Below are positions 38,008 through 47,024 of a DNA stretch of 54,971 nt, in pieces. The stretch comes from Pseudonocardiaceae bacterium (GTDB lineage: Bacteria > Actinomycetota > Actinomycetes > Mycobacteriales > Pseudonocardiaceae): NCBI GenBank assembly GCA_036389855.1, contig DASVWA010000104.1:1-54971 (forward strand), in the 5' to 3' direction. Position numbers and translations under genes: made by a program. Each line of letters opens with the position of its first letter. Positions within the stretch are counted from its first letter, which is position 1. A model generated the notes under the pieces. The model ran no database searches and was not told the origin of the DNA. It was given only the letters and a program-made list of their open reading frames with translations.

Positions 38008-38847
38008 TCACACCCGCACCAGGTCCTTGAGCCGAGCCAACCGCGCCTGCCCGATCCCACTCACCTCGCGGAGCTGGTCCACCGAGGTGAAGCGGCCGTG
38101 CGCAACCCGCCAGTCAAGAATGCGCTGGGCGGTGACTGGACCGACCCCGGGTAGCACGTCGAGCTGCTCCAGGGTGGCCGTGTTGAGGTCGACTTTCCGG
38201 GACGCACCTGACGGGGTGCTCGGCGCGACGCCGTCCGGGGGCTGCCCCGGTGGCGGCGCCACACCGATCAGGATCTGCTCGCCGTCAGACAGCCGGCGGG
38301 CGATGTTCAAGCCCATCAGATCGGTGCCCGGCAGTGGGCCGCCCGCCGCCGCCAGTGCGTCAGCTATCCGGGTGCCGTCGGGTAGCCGGACCAGTCCGGG
38401 CCGCACCACCCGACCCGCCACACTGACCACTACCTCAGGGCCAGCCGGCGGTGGTGGCGCTGATGGGCCCGGCGCCGTGTCCGCGGTAATGAGCGGCAAG
38501 GCTGGGGTTGGCTCGGGCACTGGACGTTCCCGCCACACCCCGACCGCGGCGATCACCGCCGCCAGTGCCGCGACCAGCGACACGGCGAGCGCACCTGGTC
38601 GTCCTGGCTCCCACCGGGCGTCCCGCAGCGGATCCGGCAACCAGCGCCGGACCAGCCGGCCTCCTCGCGACGTGGCAGGTGAGCCGGTCCGGTCGCTCGG
38701 GACAGTCTGGGGCAGCCCGTCGGCAGCAACCGTCTCGGGCAGTTCGTTGTCCTCAGGCTCGGCGCGCACTCGCAACGCCCTGAGCCGCGTTCGGGCGTCC
38801 TGCGGGTCGCCAGCGTCGGTGGACGGGAAGCTGGGAAGCGAAGCCAC
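38008..38847 (-). CDS. comEA: ComEA family DNA-binding protein (SLBB + helix-hairpin-helix)
   Basis: C-terminal KVDLNTATLEQLDVLPGVGPVTAQRILDWRVAHGRFTSVDQLREVSGIGQARL, and an N-terminal TM helix. Confidence 0.88.
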   Translation of the reverse strand: MASLPSFPSTDAGDPQDARTRLRALRVRAEPEDNELPETVAADGLPQTVPSDRTGSPATSRGGRLVRRWLPDPLRDARWEPGRPGALAVSLVAALAAVIAAVGVWRERPVPEPTPALPLITADTAPGPSAPPPPAGPEVVVSVAGRVVRPGLVRLPDGTRIADALAAAGGPLPGTDLMGLNIARRLSDGEQILIGVAPPPGQPPDGVAPSTPSGASRKVDLNTATLEQLDVLPGVGPVTAQRILDWRVAHGRFTSVDQLREVSGIGQARLARLKDLVRV

Positions 38848-38934
38848 GGCGCGACGCTAGGGCGGTTCCACTGGTCAGGTCATTAGCTGTGGCCCTGAGC
38901 TGTGGACAACAGGTCGGCTGGGGACAAATCGGTG

Positions 38935-39810
38935 TCAGCTGTCGGCGAGCTGCGCCGTCAAGCCACCGGGCAGGACCACCACGCCGAGCATTCCCGGCCC
39001 GGCATGCGCGCCGATCGCTGCCCCGACTTCGGAGATCAGGCATTGCTCCAGTGCCGGCAGCCGCGCACGCAGTTGCTCGACCAGGTCCATCGCGCGGTCG
39101 GCGGCACCGAGGTGATGCACTGCGAGGTCCAACGGCTCCGAACCGGCTGCCTGCACCGCCAGTTCGACCAGCCGAGCCCGCGCGCGGGTGGCGGTGCGAA
39201 CCTTCTCCAGCGGCACAACCCGTCCCGAGTCGACGTGCAGCAGCGGCTTGACCGCCAACGCGCTGCCCAGCAGCGCGGCCGCCTGGCTGATCCTGCCTCC
39301 ACGGCGCAGGTACTCCAGGGTGTCCACGGAAAAGAAGGTTCGGGTGCGAGCGCTGATCCGCTCAGCAGTGTCGTACACGGTGCTCTGATCGGCGCCGGTC
39401 GCAGCGACGGCGGCCGCAGCGAGGGCGGCGAAGCCCAAGCCCATGCCAGCGGAGCGCGAGTCGACCACCCGAACTCGCTTGGCGCCGATCTGCTCGGCGG
39501 CCAGTCGGGCCGACTCCCAGGTGCCGGACAATGCGCGGGACAGATGCACTGACACGACGGTGTCGGCACCGGCCCTGATGGCCTCCGTGTACACCGCCTG
39601 GAACTCCCCTGGTGTCGGGCGAGAGGTGCGCACCGTGGCCCGTCTCGTCAGAGCTTCCACCAACTCCGCCGGCCCAAGCTGCAGGCCGTCCAACTGGTGA
39701 CGGCCGTTAACCATGACGTGCAGCGGAACCTGGCGGATACCATGGCGTTGCGCGAGCCCGTCCGGGAGGTAAGCGGTGGAGTCGGTGACGACGGCAACGG
39801 GCACGATCAT
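38935..39810 (-). CDS. DegV family fatty-acid-binding protein
   Basis: VAVVTDSTAYLPDG...VSVHLSRALSGTWESA...FFSVDTLEYLRRGGRI. Confidence 0.9.
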   Translation of the reverse strand: MIVPVAVVTDSTAYLPDGLAQRHGIRQVPLHVMVNGRHQLDGLQLGPAELVEALTRRATVRTSRPTPGEFQAVYTEAIRAGADTVVSVHLSRALSGTWESARLAAEQIGAKRVRVVDSRSAGMGLGFAALAAAAVAATGADQSTVYDTAERISARTRTFFSVDTLEYLRRGGRISQAAALLGSALAVKPLLHVDSGRVVPLEKVRTATRARARLVELAVQAAGSEPLDLAVHHLGAADRAMDLVEQLRARLPALEQCLISEVGAAIGAHAGPGMLGVVVLPGGLTAQLADS

Positions 39811-39871
39811 CAGGGTAGGGGCCGTCAGCGGCCCGGTAGCGGAACTATCTGCGCGGGCACCTGGAAGTCAC

Positions 39872-40477
39872 TTAGACCGGAGCGGCGGTGTTGTACGAGA
39901 ACAGTCGCCAACCCAAGCCGTGGCGCAGAAGCACCGTCCAGTGACAGTTGCTGATCCCCCCGAATACCGGCCAGCCCGACACCGGCAGGCCGAGTAGCAG
40001 TGGCGTCAGGCCAGCGATCAACCCGCCGTGGGTACAGAGCACCGCGCTGCTGTGGCCGTCTGCGTCGAGCTCCGAGACCACGTGCGCGGCACGTCCTGCC
40101 ACCTCTACCCGGGTCTCACCACCTGGGGGGGCCCATTCCGGGTTGCCCCGCCAGGTCTGTATGCCGCCCGGGCAACGCGCCTCCACCTCGGCGTGGGTCA
40201 AGCCCTGCCACGTCCCCAGATTGGTCTCCCGCAGCCGCTTGTCGACCCGAAGCGGCATCCCGGTCTCGGCGGCGAGGACAGCCGCGGTGTCTCCTGCACG
40301 GGACAGATCGGAAGTCACGAGCACGTCCGGTTTCAGCTCCGCGAGCAGCCGGGCCGCCCGGCGGGCCTGGCCGAGTCCGGTAGCGGTGAGCTGGGAGTCA
40401 AGCTGACCCTGCATCCGCAGCGCCGCGTTGTAGTCAGTCTCACCGTGCCGCCAGAGCACAAGCCTTGTCAGCGTCAC
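39872..40477 (-). CDS. Histidine phosphatase (phosphoglycerate mutase-like) family protein
   Basis: LVLWRHGETDYN (RHG motif)...TSDLSRAGDTA...VLCTHGGLI. Confidence 0.85.
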   Translation of the reverse strand: MTLTRLVLWRHGETDYNAALRMQGQLDSQLTATGLGQARRAARLLAELKPDVLVTSDLSRAGDTAAVLAAETGMPLRVDKRLRETNLGTWQGLTHAEVEARCPGGIQTWRGNPEWAPPGGETRVEVAGRAAHVVSELDADGHSSAVLCTHGGLIAGLTPLLLGLPVSGWPVFGGISNCHWTVLLRHGLGWRLFSYNTAAPV

Positions 40478-40869
40478 ACCGACTCGTCCGCGTCATTGGG
40501 GCCGGCTGGCGGATCAGCTTCGAAGGGGATCGTCGGGCAGTCCTTCCACAGCCGCTCAAGGCCGTAGAAGGAGCGCTCCTCGACATGCTGCACGTGCACG
40601 ACGACGTCCACGAAATCCAGCAGCACCCAGCGCCCTTCGCGGGTCCCCTCGCGGCGCACCGGCTTGGTCCCGGCGGCGGCCATCTTCTCCTCAACGGCGT
40701 CCACAATGGCCTGGACCTGGCGCTCGTTGGGCGCCGAGGCGATCACGAAACAGTCCGTGATCACCAGCTGGTCGGACACGTCAAGCAGGGTGATGTTGTG
40801 CGCTTTTTTGCCCGCCGCAGCGTTCGCCGCGGTCAACGCCAGCTCTCGTGCGTGCTCAGTGGCTGACAC
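40474..40869 (-). CDS. rsfS: Ribosome silencing factor RsfS
   Basis: KKAHNITLLDVSDQLVITDCFVIASAPNERQVQAIVDAVEE...WVLLDFVDVVVHVQHVEERSFYGLERLW. A GTG at 40869 follows AAGGAG. Confidence 0.9.
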   Translation of the reverse strand: MSATEHARELALTAANAAAGKKAHNITLLDVSDQLVITDCFVIASAPNERQVQAIVDAVEEKMAAAGTKPVRREGTREGRWVLLDFVDVVVHVQHVEERSFYGLERLWKDCPTIPFEADPPAGPNDADESV

Positions 40870-41031
40870 GTCACTCCTTGTCTCGGCTCGGAAGCCGGCG
40901 CTTACTGCGTGCGGCGGTGCGCGCATCCAAGCTTGTCACCACCCAATTACCGGTGAGCGTACGTGTTCGGAGTAGGTCGACTCGGAGCTGCCTACGCTCG
41001 TCGACGAAGTCGGTCGCGGTTCGTGACTCCG

Positions 41032-41403
41032 ATGGCTAGCCACGTGCGACTCGCGTTCTCGCCAGGTGCGAGTAAGAACAATGAGACGACCATCATTCAG
41101 ACCGGCTCGACTCCGCTCACCCTGATCAAAGTGTTCACGGTCGCGCCAGAGCGCCAGGCGTACAGATCGCGCACCTACCGGACGCGACTGAGCAATAATG
41201 CGCCACCAGCGCTTCGTCTCGGCCAACGTTCACGCAGCCTCGGCGGCACCAGGGTCATCAACCATGCCCAGTGGCAGACGCGCCGAGACTTCGAGACCGT
41301 GCTGGCGAACCCACCGGCACAAGCCCCCATGACAGCCGCCTTGGAGATCGCTACTAGCGCGGAGCCAAAGCTCTACGAGGTCGCACATACTTGCCAGCGA
41401 TGA
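41032..41403 (+). pseudogene. ABM (antibiotic biosynthesis monooxygenase) domain gene disrupted by multiple frameshifts
   Basis: Frame 0 reads TLIKVFTVAPERQA. Frame +2 reads QIAHLPDATEQ followed by a stop. Frame +1 reads IMRHQRFVSANVHA. Frame 0 resumes with SLGGTRVINHAQWQTRRDFETVLANPPAQAPMTAALEIATSAEPKLYEV. The open frame bridges these pieces with an R/S-rich out-of-frame segment. Confidence 0.6.
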
Positions 41404-41536
41404 ACACTGGCCGCTCTTGCGTACCGCAAGCGCCAACCACGATCTCGAATCAGCGTCGTATCGGACCACGGTCCGATCCCAAACCCCGGACCCCGCTCCG
41501 ATGTGCGCGCACCCAGCATGCGGCAACATTGTCGGC

Positions 41537-41764
41537 ATGATCGAGGTACGCGAACTGCCCCAGCCGGTCCGGCGCGACGTATTCGTGCGCTCGCCCCGCC
41601 GCAGCGGACTGACCAGGGTACTGACCAGCATGGGGGCGACGGTGCTCGCCGAACCCGGCCATGGGCTCTCGGTCACCGGCATGGACGCATGCAGGATCGC
41701 CTCGGTCGCCGCAGCGCATTACATACCGATCCAGGAACTGACGCCCCGCAGGGTGAGGGGATAA
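41537..41764 (+). pseudogene. C-terminal remnant of an ABC transporter ATP-binding protein (ABC-2/DrrA-like regulatory tail)
   Basis: VFVRSPRRSGLTRVLTSMGATVLAEPGHGLSVTGMDACRIASVAAAHYIPIQELTPRR resembles the C-terminal domain that follows the ATPase core. No Walker A, signature or Walker B motif lies upstream. Confidence 0.45.
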
Positions 41765-42304
41765 TCAGCGGTACGCGCCATGCTCGTGCAGACGCCAGGC
41801 TGCGTGCGTGTACTTCAGCAACCATCCTCACCAGGTCGGTCATCGGTCGTCCGAGCTGGTGGAGACATCACCGATGGTCCCGCCACAGGCCCGCGGCTTG
41901 CGCATCCGCAGCCGATCGACGGGCGATTCATCCAGCATGCTGACCCTTCGGCTCTGAGTTCGGCGATCATGACCAGCGATCCGTTCGGCGCGACGCATAG
42001 TGCACGCCGGTGAACTGATTCCACGCAAACTTGAGATCTCGCCTCCATGGAAGAAACCGTTGCCGGTGCCCTCAGGGTGACGAGCAGCAGCTGCAACCGC
42101 GCCGCCCCGAGGTGGACACCCAGCGGGAGCACCGCGACCAACGAGGGATCAGGAGCAAGACAGGTTCGGTGGCGTGTGCCGTAGCGGACGTGAGTCGCTG
42201 ACCCAGCTAACATCCGGACCGCTCGCAGAGCGTGGCAGTCCGTTCGTCGTTTCGTCAGCGATAGCGGTTTAACTCCTCGGACGTAGACGACACCGTGTCC
42301 GTCC

Positions 42305-42946
42305 GTGCCAGGACGACACCGCAAGCGCACCACACCCGCGTCCGCGTCTATCGCGGTGGGCGCCTCCACCGTGACAGCCGTGCTGATTGGAGGCACCGCG
42401 TCGGCGGCGCAACCCTCGGTCGCTGCGCTCGCCCCGGTGGCACTGGTTGCGTTCACGGCTGATGCGCAGACTGAACGGTGGCCGACTGACGTGCCCCGTC
42501 GGCTAGCAGTCGGGCCGGCACCCGCAGAACAGGTGGTCGGCAGGCACCGGTCCGTTGAGAAGGCGGCAGCCGAGCAGGCGCCTAGCACACCGGCACCTGC
42601 CGCAGCTGAGGTTTCGTGCTCAGGTTCTTGGCTCAGCGGTGTTAAGCGCATCGCGAAGTCAGCCGGATGTGGCTTGACCAACAAGTTTGACATTGACGCT
42701 ATCGGCGGGTACCGCGCTGGCAGCAAAGAGCATGGTTCCGGTAAAGCATTAGATTTAATGACCTTCGGCGATGTCGCTAAAGGCAATGCTATTGCCGGAT
42801 ACTTGCTAGCCAATAGAGAAGCTTTGGGTGTTCGGCATGTGATTTGGCGACAGCGCATTAATTATGGATCTGGGTGGAAAGGGATGCCTAACAGAGGAAG
42901 CGCTACGGCCAATCACATGGATCATGTACACGTGTTGTTCAAGTAA
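42305..42946 (+). CDS. Secreted protein with C-terminal LAS-type (SxHxxGxAxD ... HxDHVH) putative peptidoglycan hydrolase domain
   Basis: N-terminus PGRHRKRTTPASASIAVGAS... (actinobacterial secreted-protein leader), an Ala/Pro linker, and a C-terminal GYRAGSKEHGSGKALDLM...VIWRQRINYGSGW...ATANHMDHVHVLFK. Confidence 0.7.
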   Translation: MPGRHRKRTTPASASIAVGASTVTAVLIGGTASAAQPSVAALAPVALVAFTADAQTERWPTDVPRRLAVGPAPAEQVVGRHRSVEKAAAEQAPSTPAPAAAEVSCSGSWLSGVKRIAKSAGCGLTNKFDIDAIGGYRAGSKEHGSGKALDLMTFGDVAKGNAIAGYLLANREALGVRHVIWRQRINYGSGWKGMPNRGSATANHMDHVHVLFK

Positions 42947-43203
42947 TAGAAGGGGGCCTTCCGGTAACGCACATCACCAGCAGCTCGACCCGGGTATCTA
43001 CACCGAGATGATTGTGGCATCCTGGAGCACTACAGCGCGTACCTCGGGTTGTATGTTGATGCCGAGCGAGAACGGCGGACCGCGGGCAGGGTCGCTCCGC
43101 GGGTAGTCCGTGATAAGTCCGCAGAACAGCCGTCTACGGCCATCGCTCATCAGCGCTTGCCACGGTGAATGGACAGCTCAGAGTAGGTATGGAGGACTGC
43201 CTG

Positions 43204-43791
43204 CTAGCGTCGGTATAGGCCGCGCTTGCTGATGTACTGCACCACCCCGTCGGGCACCAAGTACCAGATTGGCAGGCCGCAGGCGATGCGCTGCCGGCAG
43301 TCCGTCGACGAGATCGCCATGGCCGGCACCTCGACCAGGCTGACCGCATGGTCAGGCAAGTGCTTGCCGTCAAGCTGGAACCCTGGGCGGGTCACCCCGA
43401 CCAGGTGGGCCAGATCGAACAGCTCGTCGACTCGCTTCCAAGACAAGATTTGTGCCAGCGCGTCAGCCCCGGTGATGAAGAACAGCTCATGGTCGGGGAA
43501 CCGTGTGCGCAAGTCGGTGAGAGTGTCCACGGTGACGGTGGGAGTCCGGCGGTCGACGTCCACCCGGCTGGTGGAGAACCGCGGGTTGGACGCGGTGGCG
43601 ATGACCGTCATGAGGTAGCGGTCTTCGGCTGAGCTGACGTCACGCTCGCTTTTCTGCCACGGGATCCCGGTGGGCACGAAGACGACCTCGTTCAATCCGA
43701 ACCGCGCCTGCACCTCGCTGGCGGCGACAAGGTGGCCATGGTGGATGGGGTCGAAGGTGCCACCCATGACGCCGAGTCGCCGCCCAGACAT
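43204..43791 (-). CDS. nadD: Nicotinate-nucleotide adenylyltransferase
   Basis: [22 protein letters not shown]...FITGADAL...ISSTDCRQR. Confidence 0.93.
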   Translation of the reverse strand: MSGRRLGVMGGTFDPIHHGHLVAASEVQARFGLNEVVFVPTGIPWQKSERDVSSAEDRYLMTVIATASNPRFSTSRVDVDRRTPTVTVDTLTDLRTRFPDHELFFITGADALAQILSWKRVDELFDLAHLVGVTRPGFQLDGKHLPDHAVSLVEVPAMAISSTDCRQRIACGLPIWYLVPDGVVQYISKRGLYRR

Positions 43792-43877
43792 GGGCGCAGC
43801 TTAGGTGCATCCAGTAGGCTCATTCGGGTCAGCTCCGGCAGCGATGAGCTGAAAACTGGGCGGCCGACCGTTGGGCA

Positions 43878-45917
43878 GTGGTGGCGAGCAAGAGCCTCAG
43901 CGAGGTCTCATCGAGAGAACAGGCGCTACTCGACGCCCTGGCCTCTGGCTGCTTGATCGAGTGCAGCGACCTCAGCGTTGAGCAGCTAGCTGCGAGTAAG
44001 AACTCCAGATACACCATCCGTGGCGAACTCATCCGGGAGCTGGTGCTGGGGCGCGGTGGTGCCCGTTTCGATCCGCTGGGTGTGCGCATCCATGGCGCCC
44101 GGATCACCGGAACACTCGATCTCACCCACGTTGCGGCCACAGTGGGGATTGAGCTGCGAGGTTGCTACTTCGATCACGCCGTGTTCCTCACCGGCGCCCG
44201 TTTACCGTGGTTGACCTTGAGCGCGTCGCATCTCCCCGCTCTGGACGGTGACGGACTCCGCGTCCAGGGCGATGTACTGCTCGGCGAGGGTTTCACCGTG
44301 ACCGGACACGGTGAGGAGGGCGCAGTACGGCTGCTGGGCGCCCACATCAGCGGCCAACTCAACCTCAACGGCGCGCGGCTGACCAACGACGCCGGCCCGG
44401 CCCTCATCGCCGACGGACTCCACGTCTACGGTGACGTGTTCGGCGGGGGCTTCGTCGCCACCGGACACGGCGAACTCAGCGCGGTGCGGCTGCCAGGCGC
44501 GCGCGTCAGCGGCCAAGTCAACCTCAACGGCGCCGAGCTAGCCAACCAAGCCGGTCCGGCGCTCATCGGCGACGGGCTCCAAGTCGATGGTGGGCTGGTC
44601 CTCGCAGAGAGATTCAACGCCACCGGACATTGCGAACGTGGCGCGGTACGGCTGCCAGGTGCTCGCATCGGCGGCCAACTCAACCTCGACGGGGCCGAGC
44701 TGATCAACAACGCCGGTCCCGCCCTCATCGGCGACCACATCCAAGTCCAGGGCGGCGTGTTCCTCGACGGGTTCACCGCAACCGGACACGGCGAAGACGG
44801 CGCGGTGCGGCTACCCGACGCCCAGATCAGCGGCCAGCTCAACCTGGATGGCGCGGAGCTGACCAACTACACCGGTCCAGCTCTGATCGGCGACCACCTC
44901 CAGGTCAGCAGCGACATGTTCGCCGAGGGACTCACCGCCACCGGACACAGCACAGACAGCGCAGTACGGCTCTCGGACGCCCAGATCAGTGGCCAGCTCA
45001 ACCTCAATGGCGCCAAGCTGACCAACCAAGCCGGTCGAGCTCTGATCGGGGATCACCTCCAGGTCGGCAGCGACATGTTCGCCGAGGGCTTCACCGCCAC
45101 CGGACACAGCACAGACGGCGCGGTGCGGCTACCGGATGCCCACATCAGCGGCCAACTCGATCTCAACCACGCGAAGCTGACCAATCCGGCTGGGCCGGTC
45201 CTCGATCTCGAGGACGCTGAGGCCAAGCACCTATTCCTGCCCGCTCACGTGATCTGTCCACACGGCGCTGCGAGCAGGTCGAGCTGCTCGACCCCAGAGC
45301 GTCGGCTCGCGCTTACCGGCCTGGTCTACAGGTCACTTCATACCGTCGGCTGGCACGAATGGCTGCACCTGATCACCCATCACACCCATGCGTACCGGCC
45401 CCAGCCCTACCAGCAGCTTGCCGCCGTCCTCAAGGCCACTGGCCACGAGTCCACAGCGCGTGATGTCCTCATCGCTCAGCAGAAGGACCTGCATGACCGT
45501 GGAGAACTCGGGGGACCGCTGGCCAAAGGGGCGCACCGTCTGTGGGGAGTACTCGCCGGATACGGCTACCGCAGCGGCCGGACTGTACTTGCCCTCCTGG
45601 TGGTGCTCCTGATTGCGGCGGGACTGGGTGTCGCCGCCGGGCATACTTCCCTGGAACCAGGTCGATACGTCGCCGCGCACACCAGCCAGGCCGACAACCC
45701 CCACTCGCCATGCTCGCTGCTCGAACAAGTCAGCCTAGGTGTCGATCGCAGCCTGCCGCTGGCCACCACGGGTATCGCCAACCGCTGTGACTTCGACACC
45801 TCCAGCCCGCTCGGCGCGGCATTCACTGCCTCCACCTGGGTACTGCAAGCGGTTGTTTGGGCTCTGGCCATCCTCGTGGCCGCCGGCTACCTCAGGTTGC
45901 TGCGCGCCAGCAGCTAG
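43878..45917 (+). CDS. Membrane-anchored protein of unknown function built from tandem 53-aa beta-helix-like repeats
   Basis: 679 aa. An N-terminal roughly 65-aa helical region is followed by about 7 repeats of the type AVRLPGAxISGQLNLxGAELTNxAGPALIGDxLQVxGxxFxxGFTATGHGExG. The C-terminal module has PQPYQQLAAVLKATGHESTARDVLIAQQ, GYGYRSGR and two TM helices. Confidence 0.8.
   Translation: MVASKSLSEVSSREQALLDALASGCLIECSDLSVEQLAASKNSRYTIRGELIRELVLGRGGARFDPLGVRIHGARITGTLDLTHVAATVGIELRGCYFDHAVFLTGARLPWLTLSASHLPALDGDGLRVQGDVLLGEGFTVTGHGEEGAVRLLGAHISGQLNLNGARLTNDAGPALIADGLHVYGDVFGGGFVATGHGELSAVRLPGARVSGQVNLNGAELANQAGPALIGDGLQVDGGLVLAERFNATGHCERGAVRLPGARIGGQLNLDGAELINNAGPALIGDHIQVQGGVFLDGFTATGHGEDGAVRLPDAQISGQLNLDGAELTNYTGPALIGDHLQVSSDMFAEGLTATGHSTDSAVRLSDAQISGQLNLNGAKLTNQAGRALIGDHLQVGSDMFAEGFTATGHSTDGAVRLPDAHISGQLDLNHAKLTNPAGPVLDLEDAEAKHLFLPAHVICPHGAASRSSCSTPERRLALTGLVYRSLHTVGWHEWLHLITHHTHAYRPQPYQQLAAVLKATGHESTARDVLIAQQKDLHDRGELGGPLAKGAHRLWGVLAGYGYRSGRTVLALLVVLLIAAGLGVAAGHTSLEPGRYVAAHTSQADNPHSPCSLLEQVSLGVDRSLPLATTGIANRCDFDTSSPLGAAFTASTWVLQAVVWALAILVAAGYLRLLRASS
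44322..45119 (+). repeat. Five complete in-frame 159/162-bp tandem repeat units, flanked by degenerate units at about 44080-44321 and 45120-45240
   Basis: The unit starts (AVRL codons) are at 44322, 44481, 44643, 44802, 44961 and 45120. The last two units share long identical runs, for example GCAGCGACATGTTCGCCGAGGG and TCACCGCCACCGGACACAGCACAGAC, and by eye are about 90% identical at DNA level. Confidence 0.9.
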
Positions 45918-45945
45918 CGGACCACCGGAGAGGGCACCGCGGGTG

Positions 45946-46968
45946 TTAGCCCCCGATGTAGCTCATCTCCACCTTGGACAGCCCGGTCGTCGCGCTGGTG
46001 CGCTGGGCCGAGTAACGGTCGGTCCGGCCCGTCCAGAGACCGCTGACCGCAGTGTGGAGTTCATCGTCGCTGCACCCGCTGCGCAGCAGCGCGCGAAGGT
46101 CGTGGCCGGCGCCGGAGAACAGGCAGGTGTACAGCTCGCCCTTAGCGGACAGGCGGGCCCGGGAGCAGGTGCGGCAGAACGGCTTGGTGATCGAGGCAAT
46201 CACGCCTACCTCGCCGGCTCCGTCGAGGTAGCGGTACCGGGTGGCCACCTCGCCGACGTACGTGGGCTCCAGCGGTTCGATCGGCCAGACTGCATTGATG
46301 CGCTCGATGATCTCATCGGCTGAGACGACGTCGTCCAACCGCCAGCCGTTGGTCGCTCCGACGTCCATGAATTCGATGAACCGGACGACGTAGCCGTGCT
46401 CGCGCCCGAAGTCGGCGAGATCGACGACGCCTTGCCCGTCATTCATGCCCCTCTTGATCACCGCGTTGACCTTCACCGGGGTGAGGCCGACGTCGGCAGC
46501 GGCCGCAATCCCCTTGATCACCCGGGCCAGCGGGATTTTCACGTCACTGACAGCACGAAATGTCGGCTCGTCAAGGGAGTCCAGGCTTACCGTGACCCGC
46601 CTTAATCCGGCATCTCGAAGTGCCTGCGCCTTCGCGGCCAGCAGCGACCCGTTGGTCGTCAGGGCTACGTCGTCCACGCCGTCGATGTTGACGAGCTGCT
46701 CGACGAGTCGCTCGATGCCATGGCGGAGCAACGGCTCTCCCCCGGTGAGCCGCAGCTTACTGACACCCAAACGCGCGAAAACCGTCCCGAGCCGCTCGAT
46801 CTCCTCAAACGACAGCAGCTCCGAGTGATCCATGAAAGGGAAGTCGGTTCCGAAGACGTCGCGCGGCATGCAGTAGCAGCAACGGAAGTTGCACCGGTCG
46901 GTCACCGAGATCCGCAGGTCCCGCAGTGGACGGCCGAACTTGTCGTTCACAATGGCCATGGGCTTCAC
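45946..46968 (-). CDS. moaA: GTP 3',8-cyclase (molybdenum cofactor biosynthesis protein A)
   Basis: LRISVTDRCNFRCCYCMP (radical SAM CxxxCxxC), LRLTGGEPLL, C-terminal cluster CRTCSRARLSAKGELYTCLF, and a terminal GG. Confidence 0.95.
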   Translation of the reverse strand: MKPMAIVNDKFGRPLRDLRISVTDRCNFRCCYCMPRDVFGTDFPFMDHSELLSFEEIERLGTVFARLGVSKLRLTGGEPLLRHGIERLVEQLVNIDGVDDVALTTNGSLLAAKAQALRDAGLRRVTVSLDSLDEPTFRAVSDVKIPLARVIKGIAAAADVGLTPVKVNAVIKRGMNDGQGVVDLADFGREHGYVVRFIEFMDVGATNGWRLDDVVSADEIIERINAVWPIEPLEPTYVGEVATRYRYLDGAGEVGVIASITKPFCRTCSRARLSAKGELYTCLFSGAGHDLRALLRSGCSDDELHTAVSGLWTGRTDRYSAQRTSATTGLSKVEMSYIGG

Positions 46969-47024
46969 ACCCGATCTTCGTGTCGTACCGTGAAGAAGTT
47001 CAGTTCAACCATCCAGCGTACCCA

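Noticed and set aside
41815-42858. 347-aa ORF on the minus strand across the insertion region
   Set aside because: It is antisense to the secreted hydrolase gene, whose leader and metal-binding motifs are coherent. The minus-strand translation is low-complexity Ala/Ser/Cys/Arg-rich and has no motifs.
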